Assembly: GCA_039815185.1 (NCBI GenBank)
Contig: JBCBZT010000085.1
Span: 1-22,559, forward strand
DNA length: 22,559 nt
Origin: Cyanobacteria bacterium P01_A01_bin.123
GTDB taxonomy: Bacteria; Cyanobacteriota; Cyanobacteriia; Phormidesmidales; Phormidesmidaceae
Direction of reading: 5' to 3'
The position numbers and the translations under genes were made by a program. The notes under the pieces are model-generated. The model searched no databases. It was given only the letters and a program-made list of their open reading frames with translations, and had not been told where the DNA came from. Below, one piece after another: positions 1 through 7,024 of this stretch. Every line of letters begins with the position of its first letter. Positions within the stretch are counted from its first letter, which is position 1.

Positions 1-324
1 GCTGCCAATATATCCCGTATAACCGCCTGCGATTGCTGCTAATAGCCACGAGATTATTTTTGACCAAAATGCCCAGTAAGTTTTTACACCAGTTTTAATA
101 CCTTCGAAGTTTACCTTCTTCAAATCGGCATCTTTAAAGTTAGCACCTTCTAATCTGGCATTGGTAAAGTTAGCACCTTCTAATTTGGCATTGGTAAAGT
201 CAGTACCTTCTAATTTGGCATTGGTAAAGTCAGCATTTTGGATGTTCCAATTGCTGAAATCTCGGCCTCTCAAGTTCTGATTTCTAAAAGAGGAAGTATC
301 AGGATGTATGTTAGAGTTATCCAT
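1..324 (-). CDS. Pentapeptide-repeat protein with following hydrophobic segment (5' part only; runs off window start)
   Basis: Not in ORF track. Manual translation from ATG at 324: MDNSNIHPDTSSFRNQNLRGRDFSNWNIQNADFTNAKLEGTDFTNAKLEGANFTNARLEGANFKDADLKKVNFEGIKTGVKTYWAFWSKIISWLLAAIAGGYTGYIGS, open to base 1; A(D/N)F/LXX pentapeptides followed by a TM-like stretch. Confidence 0.9.
   Translation of the reverse strand, partial: MDNSNIHPDTSSFRNQNLRGRDFSNWNIQNADFTNAKLEGTDFTNAKLEGANFTNARLEGANFKDADLKKVNFEGIKTGVKTYWAFWSKIISWLLAAIAGGYTGYIGS
131..235. repeat. 30-bp tandem repeat (about 3.5 copies) encoding pentapeptide pairs
   Basis: TTGGTAAAGTTAGCACCTTCTAATTTGGCA at 161-190, near-identical at 191-220, partial at 221-235, degenerate at 131-160. 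Confidence 0.9.
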
Positions 325-481
325 GGGAAATGGATGGTTTAGAGATATTCCTTAAATTTGTAATATGTAGCTGTGGTTTCTATCATGATTTTTAGCCACA
401 GTAGATAATTGCGAGTATAGCTCGAAGAATTAAACTGAGCCCGACATCTTGACGCACTCCTGTCGTCATCCTCCTCGCTGC

Positions 482-550
482 TTAGACTTTAAATGGCGCG
501 ATCGCTGTGGCGTTGGCTGCTACGAGTTGCTTGAGTTCGTCGTTGGTCAT
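482..550 (-). pseudogene. Probable N-terminal remnant of a small coiled-coil protein (MTNDELKQLVAANATAIAPFKV*)
   Basis: ATG at 550 with GGAG upstream; heptad-like amphipathic start that I recall from small cyanobacterial proteins; stops a few codons after a HIP1 site (498-505). Confidence 0.35.
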
Positions 551-662
551 AGTCGCGATCGCCCCGCATTCTCCAACAATCCTAGTACATTCGCTCAGGC
601 TTGCAAAGTTGGTCATTGGTGATGGAGTGGATCGCGATCGCGCCCTAACACCACTACAACGA

Positions 663-1642
663 GAAACTGTCAGGAGTGAGTAGCCAAAATCGGGTGAGAG
701 CCATCCTACAGGTAGGCTAGAGGTTCCTTCAGCCATCCCTGTCGATTTCCTATGGACTGCCCCCACTGCCAATCGCCCCGAGTTTCACTGCTCCAGCGGC
801 AAACTAAGCTAGCGTATCCTATGTTTCGGTGTAAGGTGTGTCGCCGCACGTTCAATGAGCGCACGGGTAGCCCTTTTAATTTTATTGAAATCCCCACCGA
901 TCTCCTCTGCCAAGTTTTGCTTTGCCGCGTGCGCTACAAACTCAGCTATGGGGATGTGGCCGAGTTCTTTTTGCTGCGAGGTTTCCAATTTACCCATGAA
1001 ACCGTGAGGGATTGGGAGGAACGCTTCCTGCCGCATTTTACCGAACAAACTAGGACGAAGCGGAAAGGTAAATTGGGGAAGAACTGGCATATTGACGAGA
1101 CCTATGTTCGTGTTGGCGGCAGGTGGTGTTATCTGTATCGAGGCATTGATGAGGATGGCAATATGGTCGATGTGCGTCTGAGTGCAACCCGAGATATGGC
1201 CGGAACCAAGGCTTTCTTTGAACAGGCTGCAGAACTCCACGAGGTGTCACCGGAAAGCGTTGCCACCGATGGCTTAGCCTCCTATCCCCGTGCCATTAAA
1301 GAAGCCCTCGGCGAGGCAGTTGAGCATGAGGTTCGTCCTTGCACCGCTAACCCAGTCGAACAGAGTCACAGGAGGCTCAAGCACCGCTATTACCCGACAC
1401 TGGGATTTGGCGAGTTCGATGCTGCGCAGAGGTTCTGTCGAGCGGTGGATGAGGTAGGCAACTTTTTGAGACCTCGAACACGAATGGCAGAATTCATGTC
1501 TCTAAGGGATCGCAGAGAGCGTTTTTTGAAAGGTGTTGAAGAACTGAAGTCCTTATTCAATGAGGCTTTTACTTAAGCCGCATGGAATAGGCCACCTTGA
1601 TCGCGATTCGAGCCAATTTGGCTACCCAGATCTGACAAATTC
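663..1642 (+). mobile_element. IS6-family insertion sequence, complete (980 bp)
   Basis: Imperfect terminal IRs: left GAAACTGTCAGGAGTGAGTAGCCAAAAT from 663; reverse complement of the right end GAATTTGTCAGATCTGGGTAGCCAAATT ending at 1642. Contains the transposase; no flanking 8-bp duplication. Confidence 0.88.
752..1576 (+). CDS. IS6-family DDE transposase
   Basis: N-terminal CPHC...CKVC zinc ribbon; WHIDETYVRVGGRWCYLYRGID, VATDG and NPVEQSHRRLK are IS6-type DDE motifs. Confidence 0.93.
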   Translation: MDCPHCQSPRVSLLQRQTKLAYPMFRCKVCRRTFNERTGSPFNFIEIPTDLLCQVLLCRVRYKLSYGDVAEFFLLRGFQFTHETVRDWEERFLPHFTEQTRTKRKGKLGKNWHIDETYVRVGGRWCYLYRGIDEDGNMVDVRLSATRDMAGTKAFFEQAAELHEVSPESVATDGLASYPRAIKEALGEAVEHEVRPCTANPVEQSHRRLKHRYYPTLGFGEFDAAQRFCRAVDEVGNFLRPRTRMAEFMSLRDRRERFLKGVEELKSLFNEAFT

Positions 1643-2091
1643 ATATGGCGGGCACCAAAGCTTTCTTTGAACAGGCGATCGGTCTTTATGATGACGCACC
1701 AAAGAAAGTTGCCACTGATGGCTTGGCCTCCTACCCGCGGGCAATTAAAGAAGAACTGGGAAAAGATATCGAGCACGAGGTGCGCCCTTGCACCGCCAAC
1801 CCGGTGGAGCAGAGCCATCGGCGAATCAAGCATCGCTACTACCCTACTCTGGGATTTGGCGAGTTTGAAGCGGCCCACAGGTTCTGCCGAGCGGTCGATG
1901 AAGTGGGAAACCTTCTGAGACCTCGGACGCAAATGGCAGAATTCGTGTCTGTAAGGGATCGCAGAGAGCGTTTTTTGAAAGGCGTTGAAGAACTGGAGTC
2001 CCTATTCCATGCGGCTTAAGTAAAAGCCACATGGGTGAGGTCACCTTGATCGCGATTTGAGCCAATTTGGCTACCCAGATCTGACAAATTC
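1643..2091 (+). mobile_element. 5'-truncated second IS6-family element (3' half of transposase, ORF 1645-2019, plus right IR)
   Basis: Starts directly after the IRR of the first copy; protein MAGTKAFFEQA...FHAA aligns to the C-terminal part of 752-1576 with many substitutions; same right end GAGCCAATTTGGCTACCCAGATCTGACAAATTC ending at 2091. Confidence 0.9.
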
Positions 2092-2211
2092 GAAACGGGA
2101 GCTAGCTCAACTAAAAGCCCCAACCAGCATCAAGGCCAAGGTGGAATTATTAATTGGATACGTCGGAGACGGTAGCGATGCTCCCGGCCATTGCATAGGG
2201 GTGTTTTAAGG

Positions 2212-2526
2212 CTATTTCCTAATTTTCTTTCTCGGCTTGAAAAAGACCCAAAGTATATAGGATCCACATACCACCAGCGCTAGCACCCGAAGCCACAACG
2301 GAACATCAAAAAGCGAGGCAAGCACCCAATTAACAAAACTCAGAGTAGCGAGGAATACCCCAAGCAGCAGCAACCAAATAGAACTTAAAACTGCGAAAAG
2401 CAGCAAGGTCAGCAGCCCTGTTGCAACCACGCTTGAGAAACCAGCCCTTTGAGAATTAGAGCTGATAGCCCTGAGCCTGAGCCACTGCAGTGGACGGAGG
2501 GGAAAGTGTATGGAAACCATGGGCAC
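2212..2526 (-). CDS. Hypothetical small membrane protein (possibly a gene remnant)
   Basis: Two or three hydrophobic stretches and a basic C-terminus (KPRKKIRK); no family motif; start uncertain. Confidence 0.4.
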   Translation of the reverse strand: MPMVSIHFPLRPLQWLRLRAISSNSQRAGFSSVVATGLLTLLLFAVLSSIWLLLLGVFLATLSFVNWVLASLFDVPLWLRVLALVVCGSYILWVFFKPRKKIRK

Positions 2527-2658
2527 AGGATTTGCTGCGCGACGATTCTATCTTGGCACAAAGGGGCAGTACGGAAGCTTAGCCAGCAGTCCTAATCCTC
2601 CACCTCAAACACAATGCCATCATCAGGAATGTCTCACATGCTGTTCCTTTGGCCTACC

Positions 2659-2681
2659 GGCTCTGTTGCAAAAACAGAGCC
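2659..2681. repeat. Perfect 9-bp-arm hairpin GGCTCTGTT-GCAAA-AACAGAGCC resembling fused IS6-type ends
   Basis: Hairpin seen directly; first 14 nt GGCTCTGTTGCAAA match the IS6100-type terminal IR as I recall it. Confidence 0.6.
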
Positions 2682-2847
2682 CCTCATAGCCTTAGAGTGT
2701 ATGCCAGGCCGTGTTGAATGAGCTAAAGCTGAGATCTGGTCTGATGCGTCGTTTAATAAGTAGATTCGGTACTGGTATCGGGCTTTCATGAAAACAATTG
2801 TACTAAAGTCGCCCTAGAAGGATGAGGCTTGTATCCCATTTCTTTGG

Positions 2848-3807
2848 TCATTGGTTATTTGCCGTCACCGTTGATACGCGTCCGGTGATTAGATCAAAAG
2901 GGTTAGTGGTTTCCTCAATCGTCGCGACGTGGTTGATAAGCATCTCAAGGAAAGCCCGCACAGCGGGAACACTGCTGCGTTTCGGTGGCAGTGATGCGTA
3001 GATTTCGATATTTTCTCCCCTAAAGTCTGGTAGCGCTCGCACGAGGGCACCGGCGCGGGCTAGCGGTTCAGCATAAATTTGCGGTAGAAATGCAACCCCA
3101 GGCCCGGCGCTTAAGATCCCTAGTGCAACCATCGGATCGCCAACGGCGACAAGCGGTTCGCTCGTCATTCGGATCTCTTGCCCCTGGTCGTTACTTAAAA
3201 TCCAGTTTTGCGGTACACCAGCGACATCAATGGTGATGCGGCCAAGTTGTTCAACTGCCACTGCATCACAAAGGTCAATCTCCGATGCTCGTGTCCGGAA
3301 AGCGTAGAGCGCCAGGGGCGATTTGACGATGCGTCTGGAAACGAGATAAGGTTCGCTGGCTCGACCAATCCGGAGGACAACGTCGAGTTCCTCCGCGACT
3401 GGGTCGGGGCCACGGCTGGTCACCCTTAGGGTCGTCTTCACATCCGGATAGGTTTCTGCCAACCGGGCAATCACCGGGGCCAGCAGCTTCTGGCCCGTTA
3501 GCGCGCTGGCGGCAATCTTCAGGGGGCCTTGGGGTTTCTCCTTGGTCACCCGTAGTGCTTCATCCGCTTCCAACATTAACCCTATGGCGGCTTCAGCCGT
3601 CGGTAGCAAACTTGTACCTAGTGGTGTCAAGCGGAGCCCTCGATTGACGCGGTCAAACAGCGGCGCACCAGCAGCAGCTTCTAATCGAGAGAGCGATCGC
3701 GAAAGGGTCGCCTTTGCCTGTCCAAATTTGCGGGCAGCCGGACTCAAACCGCCAGCATTTGCAATTAGGCCAAATGCCCTGAGGTCATTGAGGTCAAATT
3801 CATTCAT
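2848..3807 (-). CDS. LysR-family transcriptional regulator (CrgA/DmlR-like)
   Basis: N-terminal HTH DLNDLRAF...GLSPAARKFGQAKATLSRSLSRLE...LFDRVNRGLRLTPLG; substrate-binding domain PQGPLKIAA...ELDVVLRIG...PAVRAFLEML. Start reassigned to ATG 3807 (MNEFDL) because 3858 would run through the operator dyad. Confidence 0.95.
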   Translation of the reverse strand: MNEFDLNDLRAFGLIANAGGLSPAARKFGQAKATLSRSLSRLEAAAGAPLFDRVNRGLRLTPLGTSLLPTAEAAIGLMLEADEALRVTKEKPQGPLKIAASALTGQKLLAPVIARLAETYPDVKTTLRVTSRGPDPVAEELDVVLRIGRASEPYLVSRRIVKSPLALYAFRTRASEIDLCDAVAVEQLGRITIDVAGVPQNWILSNDQGQEIRMTSEPLVAVGDPMVALGILSAGPGVAFLPQIYAEPLARAGALVRALPDFRGENIEIYASLPPKRSSVPAVRAFLEMLINHVATIEETTNPFDLITGRVSTVTANNQ

Positions 3808-3811
3808 GGTA

Positions 3812-3833
3812 ATCGTCCCAAATATGGAACAAT
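3812..3833. promoter_or_regulatory. Putative LysR recognition site (T-N11-A dyad)
   Basis: ATCGTCCCA-AATA-TGGAACAAT, 7/9 dyad, with T3816-N11-A3828; immediately upstream of lysR and about 80 bp from the divergent start at 3916. Confidence 0.65.
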
Positions 3834-3915
3834 ACGTTTCATCTTGGTCGGTTTTCAATGCCGATATTCAATACTACCGTGGGGTTGTATCACCCAAGTG
3901 CAATAGAAAAAGACC

Positions 3916-5565
3916 ATGACGCATAAAATCCAAATCTTTACAAAACCCGACTGTCGCTTTTGTGAGATAGCTAAGCAGACCCTCCGGAAGCGTGGCTTTG
4001 CCTATAGCGAACACGATATCGCTACCTCGAAGCGCGCTGCCAATCTGAGCGTCTATCTTTCAGGGGTAGTTACTGTCCCCCAGATTTTTATTGGCGGCAT
4101 TCATGTGAACGGTTCAAGCGATCTGGTTGCGCTAGCCGCAGCGGAGCGGCTTGTGCCCTTAACGGCAGGGGTAACCCGCGCCATCAGCCAAGACGATCTA
4201 TCAGATGCAGATATCGCAGCTGGTGCCGAAGATCTGATTCTCAATGCACTGATCCCCGAGAGCGATGGTACCCACTCGGACGACCCAGAGGAATGGGCAA
4301 TTCTGCACTTTTACAAGGCATTTTTTGGCTTTTGGCCGAACTGCTTCTACTTTATGCATCACTGGCCGGAAGCTTACAAGCTGTTCGTCTATGCCCACAA
4401 CATTGGTGCCATTGGCGGGGGCCGAAACATTGTCGGCGAAGCGGTGATGATGGCCGTGGGCTTTGCCACCTCCAATGCCCACGGCTGTAACTATTGCCAA
4501 GTGCACATGACGGCAGCAGGGGGTAAAAACTCTCTCGGCATGCCCAAGTTAATTGAGGCGGCTCGCCTCGGAAAGGCCCCCGTCACCGCCCCCATCGGGC
4601 CGTTCGAGGTTGCCTTGAGTGACCTAGCGGCTGCCGCCACGACAAATACCGTTACGGTTAAGCAACTCTCGCATGTGAAATCCCTCGCCAACAAGGCCCG
4701 TGTGTCCAAGGCCGGTGCAGATGCCAACATCATGGGCACGGCTATGATCGCCTCGGCCTTTGGCTTTCTAAACACGTTTAACGATTTGACTGGGGTCCAG
4801 GTCGAAGCTGAATGGGCTGAACAGGCAAAGGCTCATGCCCGGATTGAGGCAGGTCGCCACGGTGTCAGCACGGATCGCACCTCAACCAATCTCAACCACG
4901 ACTTACCCCAAAACGGGCCAAGCATCGAGGAGATGATTGCTCAATACGAGGGGATTGTCGCTGGAATCGGTGGCACTGAAGCCTATGCAATTTGCGAGCT
5001 TGGCCTGGTACCCGCTTGGATGATGCTTTGGCCAGAGCATCTGAGGGCAAGACATGTGCTCTTTTACGCCGAGATCATGCAACCCCGAGATCATTCGCCA
5101 ATTGCCTCAGAGCTGAAGCACCTGATGGCCCGAGTTGCTGCCGTCTCAAAGGGCCACGACTATCTAGCTGCCGTTGAAGGTTGGTTAGCGTATCGGGCAA
5201 GCGAGAAAACATTGGTGGCTGTCGAGCGCGTGCGTCATTGCTTTGCGGTGGCCAAGGGACAGGAGGTTTCGCGATCGCTGTTTACCCAAGCTGAGCAGGC
5301 AGCCCTCACATTAGCTTGGCTCTCGGCCCAAACACCGCTCACCACACCGCGACGCTTTATTCAGTCAACGCTGGATGCTTTTTCGCCAGTTGAACTTGTC
5401 CACTTGATCACAGTGTGTTCGATGGCTGGCTTGATACAGCGCTTCGTAGCGATCGCCAAGCCACAAATCGAGCCGGAAGTTAAGGATTTTCTGGCGAGTA
5501 ACGGGTTGGTGACCGACACCCTGGCCATCCGGTATCCCTTGATTGGCAAGCACTTGGAGCGATGA
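3916..5565 (+). CDS. Glutaredoxin domain fused to two AhpD/carboxymuconolactone-decarboxylase-like domains
   Basis: Grx: IFTKPDCRFC...TVPQIFIGG (aa 1 to about 80). AhpD-like domain 1: FFGFWPN...HGCNYCQVH (C191/C194/H197)...FGFLNTFND. Domain 2: LGLVP...SELKHLMARVAAVSKGHDYL...EQAALTLA...LVHLITVCSMAGLIQRF, without CxxC. Confidence 0.85.
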   Translation: MTHKIQIFTKPDCRFCEIAKQTLRKRGFAYSEHDIATSKRAANLSVYLSGVVTVPQIFIGGIHVNGSSDLVALAAAERLVPLTAGVTRAISQDDLSDADIAAGAEDLILNALIPESDGTHSDDPEEWAILHFYKAFFGFWPNCFYFMHHWPEAYKLFVYAHNIGAIGGGRNIVGEAVMMAVGFATSNAHGCNYCQVHMTAAGGKNSLGMPKLIEAARLGKAPVTAPIGPFEVALSDLAAAATTNTVTVKQLSHVKSLANKARVSKAGADANIMGTAMIASAFGFLNTFNDLTGVQVEAEWAEQAKAHARIEAGRHGVSTDRTSTNLNHDLPQNGPSIEEMIAQYEGIVAGIGGTEAYAICELGLVPAWMMLWPEHLRARHVLFYAEIMQPRDHSPIASELKHLMARVAAVSKGHDYLAAVEGWLAYRASEKTLVAVERVRHCFAVAKGQEVSRSLFTQAEQAALTLAWLSAQTPLTTPRRFIQSTLDAFSPVELVHLITVCSMAGLIQRFVAIAKPQIEPEVKDFLASNGLVTDTLAIRYPLIGKHLER

Positions 5566-6929
5566 TGATGCTTGGTAAATCCCTATTGCATAAAGACGTT
5601 AACGTCTCCTCCCAATTTGTCACTTTCGATCAGCTAAAACGCTATTTAAAGCGCCACCCCAAGATATCCATCAGCATAGGCACGGTGGGATTATTGTTAG
5701 CGATTGGGATACCGATTGTCCAGACCCGTTTGGTTGCCCAAGACACCGACACAATCGAGGGGAACGAGGTCAGGATATTGTCGGTAGAAACTTTAACGGT
5801 TGACCCCGTCTCCAGTTATGAGGTGGCCCGTACTTATACTGGAGAGATTGCGGCGCTGCGGGCCAGTGATTTGGGATTTGAACGCACTGGCCAGTTGGTT
5901 GAAGTCTACGTGCAATCGGGCGATCGCGTTGCTGCTGGTACCCCAATCGCCCGATTAGACACCCGCAACCTGCAAACCCAGCGCCAGCAGTTGCAAGCCG
6001 AAAGGGCGCGGGCGGCCGCCCAACTGGCTGAGTTGCAAGCTGGCGCTAGGGCAGAAGACATTGCAGCAGCAGCAGCAGCTGTTCGGGACATCGAACAGCA
6101 ACTCGCTTTGCAGCAAACCCAGCGATCGCGGCGGGAGCTTCTCTACAGCGAGGGCGCGATTTCTCAGGAAGAACTAGATGAGTTTTCCTATGGACAGGCG
6201 GTTTTACAAGCTCGACTCGATCAAGCCCGAAGTAACCTGGCAGAACTGCAAAACGGCACCCGCCAAGAACAAATTGATGCCCAACGGGCGGTAGTACAGC
6301 AGCTTGATGCCAGCATTGCTAATGTCGATGTCAACATCAGCAAAAGTACCCTCACAGCTACCTTTGACGGCATTGTCTCAACTCAGCAGGTAGATGAAGG
6401 CACCGTCGTGGGGGTAGGACAATCGGTGGTGCGGCTAATCGAAAATGCAGCCCCAGAAGCTCGTATTGGGATGCCTGCGAGCACGGCTAATCAGTTGCAA
6501 GTGGGCGACAGCAAAACCATCCAGATTGAGGCCGAGGCCTACTCGGCAACCGTAGCTTCCATTTTGCCGGAAGTCGATCCAGAGACCCGTACCCAAATCG
6601 TTGTTTTGCAACTGGAGCAGTCTGCCAGTCCACGCATCAATTCAGGCCAAACCGTGCGGGTGGAGCTGCGTGAAACGATTCCGGCAGATGGTGTTTGGTT
6701 ACCCACCGATGCGCTAACCCAAGGCATCCGGGGACTTTGGAATTGCTATGTGCTGACTCAGCCGGATGAAAGCAATTCAGAAACCTATGTAGTAGAACCC
6801 CAGGCCGTCGAAATCCTGCACCAAGAAGCGGGGCGAGCGTTGGTGCGAGGCACACTACAGTCTGGCGATCGCATCGTTGCTAGCGGTGTCCATCGATTAG
6901 TCCCGGGTCAGCAGGTACAGCCGTTGTAG
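5562..6929 (+). CDS. RND efflux periplasmic adaptor (membrane fusion protein)
   Basis: N-terminal TM anchor; lipoyl-like GQLVEVYVQSGDRVAAGTPIARLD; long coiled coil; LTATFDGIV, ILPEVDPETRT, LQSGDRIVASGVHRLVPGQQV. ATGA overlap with the upstream stop. Confidence 0.95.
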   Translation: MMMLGKSLLHKDVNVSSQFVTFDQLKRYLKRHPKISISIGTVGLLLAIGIPIVQTRLVAQDTDTIEGNEVRILSVETLTVDPVSSYEVARTYTGEIAALRASDLGFERTGQLVEVYVQSGDRVAAGTPIARLDTRNLQTQRQQLQAERARAAAQLAELQAGARAEDIAAAAAAVRDIEQQLALQQTQRSRRELLYSEGAISQEELDEFSYGQAVLQARLDQARSNLAELQNGTRQEQIDAQRAVVQQLDASIANVDVNISKSTLTATFDGIVSTQQVDEGTVVGVGQSVVRLIENAAPEARIGMPASTANQLQVGDSKTIQIEAEAYSATVASILPEVDPETRTQIVVLQLEQSASPRINSGQTVRVELRETIPADGVWLPTDALTQGIRGLWNCYVLTQPDESNSETYVVEPQAVEILHQEAGRALVRGTLQSGDRIVASGVHRLVPGQQVQPL

Positions 6930-6934
6930 CGTTT

Positions 6935-6994
6935 CCAGATCCCAACAACAGACCTGTCAAGAACTCCCCAGCGTTACCAAAACCTGGGATCTGG
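6935..6994. repeat. Intergenic inverted repeat CCAGATCCCA / TGGGATCTGG
   Basis: Perfect 10-bp arms at 6935-6944 and 6985-6994 with a 40-nt spacer between adaptor and permease genes. Confidence 0.6.
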
Positions 6995-7024
6995 CAAAAG
7001 CATAAGTTTTCAAGGTTTGTCACC

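Noticed and set aside
131..235. 30-bp repeats as a CRISPR array
   Set aside because: No spacers; the repeats are in-frame pentapeptide coding units.
392..475. 25-aa minus-strand ORF MTTGVRQDVGLSLILRAILAIIYCG next to AGGAGG
   Set aside because: The SD-like sequence abuts the ATG with zero spacing and there is no other support.
618..660. GGTGATGGAGT as a fluoride riboswitch
   Set aside because: Lacks the complementary stem and the downstream GATGACTCC-type pseudoknot segment; no fluoride-related gene follows.
3808..3858. ORF-track LysR start at 3858
   Set aside because: Adds 17 residues before the normal HTH start and overlaps the T-N11-A dyad; ATG 3807 fits better.
6063..6080. (GCA)5 tract as a phase-variable repeat
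   Set aside because: Short in-frame poly-Ala within a coiled coil; slippage would not shift the frame.
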